Of a DNA stretch of 64,000 nt, positions 1 through 17,156 are shown piece after piece (position 1 is the first letter of the stretch; each line of letters begins with the position of its first letter). The position numbers were made by a program, and so were the translations under genes. The DNA lies in assembly GCF_009914755.1 (NCBI RefSeq), contig NC_060930.1; one strand, 5' to 3'. A model generated the notes under the pieces. That model did no database searches. It was not told where the DNA came from and worked only from the letters and a program-made list of their open reading frames with translations. Source of the DNA: the human T2T-CHM13v2.0 reference genome, Homo sapiens.

Positions 1-330
1 AGAAAGAATATTAGTGGCTTTCATAAAAGAACTAGGTGCACAAAATAGGAAGTAGTCTACCCTTCCCAGAGGTGTCATGGAGCTCAGGCAAGGTATCACA
101 GAAAGCCTTTGATCTTAAAGGACGAATGGGGATTATTATGCTGTGACCCAGGTGGGGAATGGCTTGCTCCACAAAAATACAAGAGTTGAGCACATGAAGG
201 AGTGGCAAGTAATTAAATATGACTGGAACAGAGAGAAAGTGGAGATGAGACTAAAGGGGTCATAAGGTCAGGTCATGAAAGGCTTTTTGCATATTATCAT
301 AATGAGTTTGGAGTTTATCCTTTGGGTAAG
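1..330 (-). mobile_element. L2 LINE fragment
   Basis: Purine-rich text typical of antisense L2 (ggagatgagact..aggtcaggtcatgaaaggc..gagtttggagtttatcct). Confidence 0.55.
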
Positions 331-349
331 GGTGGAGTAATTACAATAA

Positions 350-1270
350 TCTCATGTTCCCATTTGGGAATAACTTCCCGCTCTTCTTTTTTGTTGTTAT
401 CATCTCAAAGTGTCTAGTTCAAACCAGATCCTGATATGGCATTTACTTTAATTAGGAAATTGGTTAGAAAATGGAAACAATAGGCAGTAAAATAGCACTA
501 TTTAAAATAGGCTTATAGTTTCAATTGTAAATATAAAAAAAACAGTATCAGAGCTGGAATATGCTAGGAATAAGTATAGTCTAATACTGGTGTTGTCTCG
601 AATTTAAAACACACTTAATTTAACTACCTTGGAAAATAGTAGGTGATATAGCCATGGCTAGCATATTTTAAAACTCACTGTTAGAGCAGAGTTTCCCTAA
701 TCAAAATTATTTCATAAAATAACAGACTTGTTTTGGTATTTTCAGGTATAATGTGCAATATAAATACCTTTAAATGTTGATCAGAAAGTTTGAAAAAGAG
801 GTTTGGTGAATGGCTAAAATACTGACTGGGAGCCAGAAAGATGTTATTCTATTTCCTATTACTTTTGGAAAAATCTTCAGACTTTTCTGTGTCTGTTTCT
901 TCATCAATAAAATGAGAGTGTTGAAATTTATAACCCTCAAAATCTCTTCTGGTTCTAAGATACTGTGATTCAATTGCAGCCTAATGTCCACAACAAAGCA
1001 TAGGAATCAATAAATGTATTTATTCTCCCAGTGATTATATACTGCTAACCTTCATTGAAGATAGTTAGTTGTTCTTACATGCTCCACAACACAAGTTCTA
1101 CCAGATCCTAAATGAGTATTTTTATTTTTTTTCAGTGAGTGGATGGATGTGTCAGTACTGAGGCACCATTTCAAATACACTTTAAGAAGTAGCTGCAATT
1201 CTGTCTCCTTCTTGACCTTTGGCTGTACCCACTTGGCTAACTTCCAACTCCTGGTGGAACCAAACATTTG
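350..1270 (+). pseudogene. Degenerate extended-Tudor repeats, block A1 of a giant multi-Tudor pseudogene
   Basis: Manual translation gives CIYSPSDY at 1015-1038 (cf. V..SPSDF), then DG..., then VSFLTFGCT at ~1203-1229 (cf. V.FvDFG). A weaker unit lies at 500-720 (FKIGL..Y-RAGI..FPNQ). Split by a MIR3 at ~790-972. Confidence 0.55.
790..972 (+). mobile_element. MIR/MIR3 SINE
   Basis: Core tctgtttcttcatcaataaaatgag, ending ttctaagatactgtgattc. Confidence 0.65.
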
Positions 1271-1589
1271 TTTTCTCTGCTTTTGCTTCTAGAATAAAAA
1301 AAAAAAATCCCATTTCTTTGTTTATCGGCTTTATAATAATTTTTGTTATAAACTTGGTTGAGCCTTCAATATAACACCCCCAAACTTTTACTTATCTCTG
1401 GGTGTTCCCATAGAAATGATTCTACATTTCTAGGCCTCTTCTAAAGTTCCTAGCACAATTCAGCAAATTGTCTTGGCTTGCTTTTTCACTGATAAGATAG
1501 AAACTCTCATTATATGGACAGAGCCCCTTCACAAATTCTTCTTTTCCTCCGACACATTTACCCTACATTTCTATACATCTTTCTTTTTA

Positions 1590-1926
<337 letters not shown>

Positions 1927-2529
1927 ACTGTTTTCTTTTATTTCTGAATGGAAGGCAAGTGTTTCCTCTTTTCTGTGGTGTCCTGATCCACTTTTACTCT
2001 TAGATCCATATCCACCTATCTACTTAGAACTTTGCTTCATCTCTTCTTTTTTTTCTTTTGCCTTCTCGTGTGCCTCTCCACTGCTCCTTCCTCTCCGCCC
2101 TCAAACATGCTCAGGTATTCACATCTCAGAAAATCCCTCCTGCGGCTGTACATCGCCTTCAAAGTCCTGGATTCTGTATTCCCTAATTCCATTTCTTTTA
2201 ACCCCTTATCAAGGTGTTTTTAACCATATCTGCTTCTATAATTCCATTTATTTCTCAAGCTAATTTTAACTTGCTTTCATATCCCTCTTATCAGATGGTG
2301 TCCCTGAAAATCGCTGGTGCCTGAAAAATGCCAAATTACTTGCCTTTCTCCATCATATTTGGGATGACATTTCTGAGCCCTTTAATACTTTTAAAATCAC
2401 TTACTTCTTGAATATCTCTTTTCTTTTAGTGTCCTGGGAAAGGTCAAAAACTGACTTCTGCTTGCCTAACCTTGGGAGTCATTTCTGATCTACATTTCAC
2501 CCTTAATTTTGAATGAGCCAAGTCTTTTC

Positions 2530-2942
2530 TCTCTTTTTAACAGCTTTATTGAGGCATAATAGATATGCCAAAAATTGTCCATGTTAGAAGGTAAGATTCG
2601 ATGTTTGAAGATGAATGAACTTGTGAAACGATCACCACAATTAGATAATAAGCATAAGCATATCCAGCACCCCCCAAAGTTTCCTCAGCTCCCTCCTCCT
2701 CCCCTTCCCTGCCCCATCTCCATCGCTAGGCAACCACTAATCTGCTTTGTGTCAGTATAGATTTCTTTGCATGTTCTGGAATTTTATATAAATTCATACA
2801 TGTAAAGAATGTACCCTTTTTTGTCTGGCTTCTTTGACTCAGCTTAATTATTTTGAGATTGATCCATATTGTTGTGTGTATCATTAGTTCATTCCTTTTT
2901 ATTGCTGAGTAGTATTCCATTGTATGGAATCCATCATTTACC
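2530..2942 (-). mobile_element. Old L1M 3' end (host of the L1PA2 insertion; continues at 9027-10735)
   Basis: L1M 3'UTR text; ORF 2726-2920 MEYYSAIKRNE-like. Confidence 0.8.
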
Positions 2943-3209
2943 TAATCACGATTTTTTTTTTTTTGGGTTAAGCAAGATAAATTAATTTTTTTTCCTTTTT
3001 TTTTATTATACTTTAAGTTTTAGGGTACATGTGCACACTGTGCAGGTTAGTTACATATGTATACATGTGCCATGCTGGTGCGCTGCACCCACTAACTCGT
3101 CATCTAGCATTAGGTATATCTCCCAGTGCTATCCCTTCCCCCTCCTCCCACCCCACAACAGTCCCCAGAGTGTGATATTCCCCTTCCTGTGTCCATGTGA
3201 TCTCATTGT

Positions 3210-7034
<3,825 letters not shown>

Positions 7035-7097
7035 TATGATGTTAGCTGGTTCTTTTGCTGGTTAGTTGATGCAGTTTCTTCCTAGTCTCGATGGTCT

Positions 7098-8114
7098 TTA
7101 CATTTTGGCATGATTTTGCAGCAGCTGGTACCGGTTGTTCCTTTCCATGTTTAGTGCTTCCTTCAGGAGCTCTTGTAAGGCAGGCCTGGTGGTGACAAAA
7201 TCTCTCAGCATTTGCTTGTCTGTAAAGTATTTTATTTCTCCTTCGCTTATGAAGCTTAGTTTGGCTGGATATGAAATTCCGGGTTGAAAATTCTTTTCTT
7301 TAAGAATGTTGAATATTGGCCCCCACTCTCTTCTGGCTTGTAGGGTTTCTGCCGAGAGATCCGCTGTTAGTCTGATGGGCTTCCCTTTGAGGGTAACCCG
7401 ACCTTTCTCTCTGGCTGCCCTTAACATTTTTTCCTTCATTTCAACTTTGGTGAATCTGACAATTATGTGTCTTGGAGTTGCTCTTCTCGAGGAGTATCTT
7501 TGTGGCGTTCTCTGTATTTCCTGAATCTGAACGTTGGCCTGCCTTGCTAGATTGGGGATGTTCTCCTGGATAATATCCTGGAGAGTGTTTTCCAACTTGG
7601 TTCCATTGTCCCCATCACTTTCAGGTACACCAATCAGACGTAGATTTGGTCTTTTCACATAGTCCCATATTTCTTGGAGGCTTTGCTCATTTCTTTTTAT
7701 TCTTTTTTCTCTAAACTTCCCTTCTCGCTTCATTTCATTCATTTCATCTTCCATTGCTGATATCCTTTCTTCCAGTTGATCGCATCGGCTCCTGAGGCTT
7801 CTGCATTCTTCACGTAGTTCTTGAGCCTTGGTTTTCAGCTCCATCAGCTCCTTTAAGCACTTCTCTGTATTGGTTATTCTAGTTATATATTCTTCTAAAG
7901 TTTTTTCAAAGTTTTCAACTTCTTTTCCTTTGGTTTGAATGTCCTCCCGTAGCTCAGAGTAATTTGATCGTCTGAAGCCTTCTTCTCTCAGCTCGTCGAA
8001 GTCATTCTCCATCCAGCTTTGTTCCGTTGCTGGTGAGGAACTGCGTTCCTTTGGAGGAGGAGAGGTGCTCTGCTTGTTAGAGTTTCCAGTTTTTCTGTTC
8101 TGTTTTTTCCCCAT
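7098..8114 (-). CDS. LINE-1 ORF1p, intact 338 aa
   Basis: MGKKQNRKTGNS...RLIGVPE...YPAKLS...HAKM; canonical length. Confidence 0.95.
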   Translation of the reverse strand: MGKKQNRKTGNSNKQSTSPPPKERSSSPATEQSWMENDFDELREEGFRRSNYSELREDIQTKGKEVENFEKTLEEYITRITNTEKCLKELMELKTKAQELREECRSLRSRCDQLEERISAMEDEMNEMKREGKFREKRIKRNEQSLQEIWDYVKRPNLRLIGVPESDGDNGTKLENTLQDIIQENIPNLARQANVQIQEIQRTPQRYSSRRATPRHIIVRFTKVEMKEKMLRAAREKGRVTLKGKPIRLTADLSAETLQARREWGPIFNILKEKNFQPGISYPAKLSFISEGEIKYFTDKQMLRDFVTTRPALQELLKEALNMERNNRYQLLQNHAKM

Positions 8115-9005
8115 CTTTGTGGTTTTATCTACTTTTGGTCTTTGATGATGGTGATGTACAGATGGGTTTTTGGTGTGGATGTCCTTTCTGTTTGTTAGTT
8201 TTCCTTCTAACAGACAGGGCCCTCAGCTGCAGGTCTGTTGGAGTAGCCGGCCGTGTGAGGTGTCAGTGTGCCCTTGCTGGGGGGTGCCTCCCAGTAAGGC
8301 TGCTCGGGGGTCAGGGACCCACTTGAGGAGGCAGTCTGCCCGTTCTCAGATCTCCAGCTGCGTGCTGGGAGAACCACTGCTCTCTTCAAAGCTGTCAGAC
8401 AGGGATATTTAAGTCTGCAGAAGTTACTGCTGTCTTTTTGTTTGTCTGTGCCCTGCCCCCAGAGGTGGAGCCTACAGAGACAGGCAGGCCTCCTTGAGCT
8501 GTGGTGGGCTCCACCCAGTTCGAGCTTCCTGGCTGCTTTGTTTACTTAAGCAAGCCTGGGCAATGGCGGGCGCCCCTCCCCCAGCCTCGCTGCCGCCTTG
8601 CAGTTTGATCTCAGACTGCTGTGCTAGCAATCAGCGAGACTCCGTGGGCGTAGGACCCTCCGAGCCAGGTGCGGGATATAATCTCGTGGTGCACCGTTTT
8701 TTAAGCCGGTCGGAAACGCGCAGTATTCGGGTGGGAGTGACCCGATTTTCCAGGTGCGTCTGTCACCCCTTTCTTTGACTCGGAAAGGGAACTCCCTGAC
8801 CCCTTGCGCTTCCCAAGTGAGGCAATGCCTCTCCCTGCTTCGGCTCGCGCACGGTGCATGCCCCCACTGACCTGCGCCCACTGTCTGGCTCTCCCAAGTG
8901 AGATGAACCCGGTACCTCAGATGGAAATGCAGAAATCACCCGTCTTCTGCGTCACTCACGCTGGGAGTTGTAGACCGGAGCTGTTCCTATTCGGCCATCT
9001 TGGCT
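8115..9005. promoter_or_regulatory. L1 5'UTR CpG-rich internal sense promoter and antisense promoter
   Basis: CpG-rich L1PA 5'UTR; YY1 motif at ~8992-9003. Confidence 0.8.
8563..8778 (+). CDS. LINE-1 antisense ORF0, intact 71 aa
   Basis: ATG at 8563; MAGAPPPASLPPCSLISDCCASNQRDSVGVGPSEPG...RFSRCVCHPFL*. Confidence 0.85.
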   Translation: MAGAPPPASLPPCSLISDCCASNQRDSVGVGPSEPGAGYNLVVHRFLSRSETRSIRVGVTRFSRCVCHPFL

Positions 9006-9026
9006 GACATTGATTAATCATGATTT

Positions 9027-10735
9027 GTTTATACCTAGAAGTGAATATGTAGAAGTGACATGGCTGGGTGCTGTGGTAAGTGTATGTATAACTCTTTAAG
9101 AAACTGGCAAACTGTTTACCAAAGTGACTGCAGTTTTACATTCCCACCAGCAGTACATGAGAGTTGCGGTTGTTCTACATTCTTGCCAACACTTGATACC
9201 ATCAATCATTTTAATTTTAGGCATTCTAAGAAGTGTGGAGTGGCATCTTACTGAGGCCTTGTTTTGCATTTCCCTAATGAACAATAATGTTAAGCATCTT
9301 TTTGTGTACTTATCTATCATCCATATATCTTCTTTGGTAGTGTAATTTTTTTCCTTCAAATCTTTTGCCAGTTTGTTTTTAATTGAGCTGTTTGTTACTG
9401 AGTTTTGAAGTTCCCATATATTCTGGATACAAGTATTTTGTCAGATATATGATTTGCAAATATTTTCTACCAGTCTGTGGCTTCTCTTTTCATTCCCTTA
9501 ACAATAATTTTGGAGAAGCAAAAGGTTTTTTTTAATAAAGTTTATTACTTTAAAAAATGAATTTTTTGATATGATATTTTGTCTAAGAAATATTTGCCTA
9601 ACTTCACATCACAGGACTTTTCTTCTGTGCTTTCTTCTAGAAATTTTAAAGCTTTATATACTAAATTTAGGTCTATGATGTGATGTATAGATCAAATTTC
9701 ATATTTTGCATATGGATATCTGATTTTTCTAGCACCAATTTTTGATCTCCACTTAATTGTCTTTGCTTCTTCATTGAAAATCAGTTGACCGTGTGTATGG
9801 ATCTATTTCTGTACTCTCTATTGTGTTCCGTTTATCTGTCAGTCTTGACACCAATACTGCACTATCTTGATTACTATAGCTTTGTAATGTCTTAAAGTCA
9901 GGTAGTGCAGTTCACCAGCTATGTTCTTTTTTCCTGAAGTTGATTTGGCTATTCCAGGTTCTTTGAGTTTCTGTATGAATTCTAGACTTCTTTGTCAGTC
10001 ATGGATATGGTGTAACTCTCTAAGTCACTTTTAATTTCTCTCAGCAACATTTTGTAGTTTCATTGTATGTTGTACATTGCATATACCTTGTTAGGTTTAC
10101 CTCTCAGTGTTTAAATATTATGTATGCTACTTATTTATAAATGACATTGTTTTCTTAATATCATTTCCCATTTTTTAATGGGTAGTATATCAAAAGACAA
10201 TTGATTTTTATATGTTGGTCTCATATCTTGCAACCTGTTAAATTCACTTATTAGTTTATAACTGTTTAATATATTCCATAGAATCTTCCAGATAGATGTC
10301 ATGTCATCTGTGAATAAAAGTTATTTTGTTCTTTCTTTCTGATCTGGATTACTTTCATTTGTTTTTCTTGCCTATTATATTGGGTAGAACCTCCAGAACA
10401 ATGTTGAATAGAAGTGTTACAGACTACATCACTGTATTGATCCTCATCTTTGGGGGAAAGTATTTAGTCTTTCACAATTATGGATGCTGTTAGCTATAGA
10501 TTTTTCAAAGATCTACTTCATCAGGCTGAGGATGTTTCTTTCTATTCCCAATTTGATGAGATATTTTTGTTTAAAATCAGGAATAGATATTTCATTTTGG
10601 ATCTTATAAAAAGGTTTTTTTAAAAAATTTAAATAGATGATCATAGTTTTCCCTTCTTAGTTTGCCAACATCGTAAATAATATTTATCAATTTTTCAAAT
10701 GAGAAACCTACCTGGCATTACTGGGATAAACTCCA
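9027..10735 (-). mobile_element. Old L1M ORF2 fragment
   Basis: Degenerate ORF2 C-terminus (ORF 9096-9359), colinear with 2530-2942. Confidence 0.8.
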
Positions 10736-13700
10736 TTAACCAACTTTTCCATATTCCCCCCATCACCGTCCCTTCCCAGCCTCTGGTAAACACCATTCTA
10801 CTCTGTACTTCCATGAGATCCACTTTTTTAGTTCCCACATATAAGTGATAACATGTAATATTTGTCTTTCTGTGACTAGCTTATTTCATATAAAATAATG
10901 ACTTCCAATTCAATCCATGTTGCTGCAAATAATGAGATTTCATTATTTTTTATGGCCAAATAATTTTCCATTATGTATACATACCATGTTTTCTTCATTC
11001 ATTCATCGATGGACTCTTAGATTAATTCCAATCTTAGCTATTGTGAATAATGCTTTAATTAACATGGGAGTGCAAATATTTTTTCTATATACTAATTTCC
11101 TTTTTTTTGATTATATACTCAGCAATGGGATTCCTGAATTATATAGTAGTTCTATTTTTAGCTTTTTGAGGAACTTCCCTACTGTTTCTCATAATGGCTG
11201 TATTACTTTACTTCCCAACCAATAGCATATGAGTGTTCTTCTTTCTCTGCATCCTCAACAGCAATTGTTATTTTTTTGTCTTTTTGATAATAGCCGTTCT
11301 AACTGGTGTAACATGATATCTCATTGTGGTGTTGAATTTCATTTCCCTGATGATTAGTGATGTTGAGCATTTTTTCCATATACTTGTTGGCCATTTGTAT
11401 GTTTTCTTTTGAAAACTGTTTATTCCGGTCTTTTGCCCATTTTAAAATTGGATTATTTATTTACTTTTGTTGCTGTTGAGTTATTTGAGTGTCTTATATA
11501 TTCTGGTTATTAACACCTTGGATGAATAGTTTGCAAATATTTTTCTCCCACTGTATAGGTTGTCTCTTCACTTGGTTAATTGTTTCCTTTGCTGTGCAGA
11601 TGCTTTTTAGCTTTATATAATCCCTTTTGTCTATTTTTGCTTTTGTTTCCTGTGCTTTTAAGAGCTTACCCAAAAACTCCTTCTCTAGACTGATGTCCTG
11701 TAGTGTTTCCCAACGTTTTCTTCTAGTAGTTTCATAGTTTCAGATCTTACAATTAATTGTTTAATCCATTTTGTATTGATTTTTTATGTGGTAAAAGATG
11801 GGCATCTAGCTTCATTCTGCATATGAATATCCAGTTTTCCTATCAGTATTTATTAAAGAGACTATACTTTCCTCAATGTATATTTTTAGCACCTTTATCA
11901 AAAATGAGTTGGCTGTAAGTATGTGAATTTACTTCTGCATTCTCTATTTTATTCCATTGGCTTATGTGTCTATTTTTATGCCAGTACCATGCTGTTTTGG
12001 TTATGATAGCTTTGTAGTATAATCTGAAATGAGGTAGTGTGATCCCTCTAGCTTTTTTTCCCCCCAAGATTGCTTTAGCTAATTCGTGTCTCTTGTGATT
12101 CCATATAAATGTTGGGATTGAGGTTCCTATTTCTGTGAAGAATATCATTCTTATTTTGATAAGATTGTATTGAAACTGTAGATTACTTTGGGTAGTATGC
12201 ACATTTTAATAATATTTATTCTTCCAATACTTGAGCATGGGATTATTCCATTATTTTGTGTCCTCTTCAATTTCTCTCATCAGATCTTTCACTTCTTTGG
12301 TTAAATTTATTACTAGGTATTTTTTGATTTGAAGTTATTGTAAGTGAGGTTTACATTCTGATTTGTTTTTCAGATTGATCACTATTAGCTTACAGGAATG
12401 CTACAGATATTTGTAGGTTGATTTTGTATAGTCCAACTTGACTAAATTCATTTACCCATTCTAATAATTTTTCAAGGGAGTCTTTAGGTTTTTTCAAATA
12501 TAAAATAATGTTGTTTGCAAACAAGGATAATTTGACTTCTTCCTTTCCAACTTGGATGATCTTTCTTTTTTAATCTTGCCTAATTGCTCTGGCCAGGACT
12601 TCCAGTACTATGTTGAATAAAAGTGTTGGAAGTAGGCATCCTTGCTCTCTTCCTAAACTTTTTGAAAGGCTTTAAATTTTTCCCCATTTGTTTGATATTA
12701 GCTGTGGGCTTGTTATATATGGCTTTTATCTTGTTGAGGTATGCTCCTTCTATATCCAAATTGTTTAGGTTTTTTTTTTAATCATAAAGAGATATCGAAT
12801 TTTTTCAAGTACTTTTTCAGCAGCTATTGAACAGATCATGGTTTTTGTCCTTCACTCTGTTGATGTGATGATATATCATGTATATTGGTTTATATATGTT
12901 GAACTGGGATTCATCACTGGGATGAATCCCACTTGATCATGGTGAGTGATCTTTTTAATGTTTTGTTGAATTTCTCATTATTAATTATTCTGCTGTTCAA
13001 GTTTTCTATTTCTTCATGGTTCAATCTTGTTGTGTATGTCCAGAAATATATCCATTTCTTCTAGGTTTTCCAATTTGTTGGCATATCGTTATTCATAAGA
13101 GTCTAATGATCTTTTGTATTTCTGTGCTATCAGTTTTAATGTTTCCTTTTTCGTCTCTGATTTTATTTGGATCATCTCTTTTTTTCTTAGTCTAGCTAAA
13201 GTTTTGCTTATTTTGTTTATCTTTTCAAAAAACCAACTTCAAATTTTGTTGATCTTTTGTATACATTGCTCTCAATTTCATTTATTTCTGCTCAGATCTT
13301 TATTATTATTTTTTTCTACTAATTTGGGGTTTAGTTTGTTCTTGCTTTTCTAGTTCCTTGAGGTACATCATTAGGTTGTTTATTTGAAGTCTTTCTATTT
13401 TTTCTGATATAGGTGTTTATTGCTAGAAACATTCTTATTAGTACTGTTTTTGCTGTATCCCATGGGTTCTGGTATGTGTGTTTCCATTTTCAGTTGTTTC
13501 AAAAACTTTTTAGAATTTCTTTTTTAATTTCTGCATTGACTCATTGTACATTGAGGAACATGTTTAATTTCCATGAATTTATACAATTTTCAAAGTTCCT
13601 CTGGTTATTGATTTCTAGTTTTATTCCATTGTGTTCAGAAAATATACTTGATACAATTTTGACTTTTTGAACTTGTTGAGACTTGTTTTATGGCCTAAGA

Positions 13701-16700
13701 TGTGGTTTATCCTGCAGAATGTTCTATGTACTGATGAGGAAAATGTGTTTTTTGCCACGCTTAGATAAAATCTCCCCTTCCCTCCTTTCCCCTCCTCTCC
13801 CTTCCTCTCCCCTCCCCTCCCCTCCCCTCCCCTCCCCTTCCCTTCTTTTTTCTTCTTTTTCTTTCTTTCATCTCCTCATTTCTTCCTGCTTCCCTTCCTT
13901 TGTGGTTAGGAGATTTTCTCTGCTAATATGTTTTAAGTCATTGCCTTTCATTTTTAGTATATCCATTATAAATTTTTGCTTTCTGGTTATCATGAAGGCT
14001 AAAAAAAATATCCTATAGTTATAATTATATATAGTTATATATAATGATATATATATAATTATATATATAATGATATATATGATATAGTTAAAACAGCCAC
14101 CAATATAACTTTGATCACAAAAAGAAAAAGACACAAAACAAAATATAAAACTCTGTACTTATTAACTTTCTTTTTTTCCCACTTTGATTTTTTGATGTCA
14201 CAAGTTACATTTTTTATACTGTTTAACTTTAGCAAATTGTTTTATTTACTATTATTTAAGTAGTTTTATTTTTTAGTCTTCTTACTGAAGATATAAATGG
14301 TTTAAATACCACAATTACAATATTACTATAATAATCATATTAGCGTTCATTTATTTCAGTTTGAAGGACTCCTTTCAACATGTCTCGTAGGACAAATCTG
14401 GTGGCAATAAATTCCCTTAGCTTCTGTTTGTCAGGCAAAGTCTATCTCTCCTCATTTCTGAAGGATAACTTTGCTGGGTACAGTAATGTATAGTATTATT
14501 GGTTGGCTTTTTTTTCCTTTTGCATTCTGAATATATTGTTTCACTCCCTCCTGGTCTGTAGGGTTTCTGCTGAGAAATTTGCTGCAAGTCATATTGGATA
14601 TCCTTTATATGTTACTTCCTTCTTTTCTCTGGCTGCTTTCTGTATTCTGTCTTTATTTTTGACCTTTTTGAGTTTGATTATAATATGCCTTGGAATATTC
14701 TTATTTGGGTGAATCTGATTGGTGACCTTTGACTTTCCTATACAGGGATATTTATATCTTATCTCCAGGTTTGTAAAGTTTTCTATTATTTCACTGAATA
14801 ACCTTTCTGCTTGTTGTCTTTCTCAGTTCCCTCGAACTTAGATAATCTGAATATTTACTCTTTTAAAGTTGTCCCATAGTTCCTGTAAGCTTGTTCATTT
14901 TTTTCTTCTTTTACCTTCTTTGATTGTGTTTCCAAATAGCCTGTCTTTGAGCACTGATTCTTTCTTCTGTTTGATCAACTCTGCTGTTGATGTGCTCTAT
15001 TGCATTTTTCATTTCATTCATTGTACTTTTTTTAGCTCCATGATTTCTGTTTGATTTTTAAAACTTACTTTAATCTCTGTATTAAATTTTTTTCTGATAA
15101 ATTTCTGAACTGGTTCTCTCTCTCTCTTTTAAAAATATTTATTAAACTTCCTTAAAACAGCTATTTTGAGTTCTTTGTCGGAGAGACTGCACATCCCATA
15201 ACTTTGGGGCTAGTCTCTGACACCTTATTTTGTATGTTTGGTAAGGTCATATTTTTCTGAATGTTCTTGATGTCTGTGGATGCACAATGATCTTTGCACA
15301 TTTAGGGATTAGGGATTTATTTTAGTATTTGCAGTCTGTCTTTGTTTTCACCTGTCCTACAGAGGTCTTTTCAAGGACTCTAAGCTGATGGACTGTTGTG
15401 TTTCAGAGCTTGTGATCTGTGCAGGTACCTGCACTAGAGGACACTCTAAACCCAGGCTTGCCATGAGTCTCACAAGGGCAAGGTTGACATGGCTTTCTGG
15501 TCCAGAAGGATCTGGGGAAGACTTAAGGAGAGTACTGGGGCTGTGTGGGAGTGCAAGCCAGGGACTTAAGTTTAGAAGACTACCCCAGTGGCTAAGACAA
15601 GCATGACTCCCCGATCTCTGCACAGCTGGTATGGGTTACCAGATGCAGTGAGAGGGGCTAGAGTTGAGATTGGACCAACTTCAGGATCTGCAGTGGAAAG
15701 GACGCTGGTGGGCCTGTCTCATTAGTTTAGACAGTGTGCACCACCCAGCTGGTACCTGCACAGATGGGATAGTTCCCCAACTGTAGCAGGAGGGGTTTGA
15801 GCTAAGACTGGGCCCCCTTGGGATCTCCTAGGGGACAGAGGCAGGAAAGCCTGATTGGCTCAAAGGGTCACCTTTCTCCTACAAGGACACTGCACAGCCA
15901 GGATAGTTTTCCAACTGCAGACTGTAGCTGAGACTGAGTCCCCTGGGATTTGCTATAGGATAGAGGCTGGAGAGTCTGTCTTGTTGGCTCAGGGAGGCAC
16001 GTGTCTCCTAGCAGGTCTCAGCACAGACAGGGTACTTTCCCAACTGAAGGCTAGATATAAGACTGGATTCCTTGAGGCCAAGGCTGGAGCACCTGCTCCT
16101 TGGCTCAGAGAGATGTGTATTTCCCAGGAAGTCCTTGCACAGGTGAGATGGTTTCCCGATTACTGCAGGAGGGGCCAGAGCTGAGAATGGGCCCCCTTCA
16201 GATCTGTTGTGTGATGGAGGCTGGAGAGCCCAGTCTCATTGGTCCAAACAGGTACAAATCTCCCAGCAGAGCTTAGCACAGGTGGATTGCTTCCCCAACT
16301 GCAGTGAGGGGCTGGAATTGTTATTGGGCCTCCTCAGAATCTGTGGAATGAAGGTTAGCTAGCTCATAAGGGAAGCTCAGACTCTCTGGCTGTGATATAC
16401 GGGCAAGTCTCCTGTGTCTTTGTATGAACAGCTCTGAGCTAGGACCTCAGCTGAAGAAGGCTAGAACAGTGCTTCAGGGCAACTTTCAGGTTAACTGCAG
16501 AGACTAATGTCAGCCAACAGACAAGCCTTTTCTCCAAGACAGTAGTGTGGGCAGTTCATTCTGGACCTCTTGGCAGATGATTTTTGCTGCAGTTTCAAGG
16601 TCAAACAGTGCTGTAGCCAAGCCCCAGCAGGGACTGGACCATTTCTGGGATTGAAAGCAGAAGCAAGTTTGGTCAGGCAGACCAGCCACCTGGGTTGTGG

Positions 16701-16716
16701 TCTGCATTCTCTAAAC
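10736..16716 (-). mobile_element. L1MA-type LINE, near full span with internal deletions and a monomer-containing 5' region
   Basis: L1MA 3'UTR (ccagcctctggtaaacaccattcta), ORF2 remnants (11873-12202 [14 protein letters not shown]), ORF1-like region, GC-richer 5' end. Confidence 0.8.
15621..16370. repeat. Six diverged ~115-140 bp tandem monomers in the L1 5' region
   Basis: Units start 'cacag' at 15621, 15759, 15893, 16022, 16138 and 16277 and share ...cc(c)aactg..ggggc..gagctgagactgg. Confidence 0.75.
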
Positions 16717-17155
16717 CAGGGGTCTCCAAACCCCAGGCCACAGATACGTGCTGGACCATCCGTGACCTAAGAACCGGGCTGCACAGCAAGAGGTGAGTGG
16801 TGGGCAGACAAGTGAAGCTTCATCTGTATTTATAGCATGTCCGCATGGCTCGCATTATCACCTCAGATCTGCCTCCTGTTAGATGGGCAGTGGCATTAGA
16901 GTCTCATAGAAGTGTGAACCCTATTGTGAACTGCACATGCCAGGGATCTAAGTTGCGCTCTGCTTATGGTAATCTAATTCCTGATGATGTGTAACTGTCT
17001 TCCATTATCCCCAGAAGGGATTGTCTGGTTGCAGGAAAACACTCTCAGGGATCCCACTGATTCTACACTATGGTGAGTTGGATACTTATTTAATTATATA
17101 TTACAATGTAATAATAATAGAAATAAAGTGCACAATAAATATAATGCACCTGAAA
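16717..17155 (+). mobile_element. MER1A (hAT-Charlie MITE), 3'-truncated
   Basis: caggggtc.. TIR; cccactgattctacactatggtgag..gaaataaagtgcacaataaat. Confidence 0.85.
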
Positions 17156-17156
17156 C

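Noticed and set aside
15621-16370. CRISPR-like array
   Set aside because: Eukaryotic L1 context, diverged monomers, and no constant repeat/unique spacer pattern.
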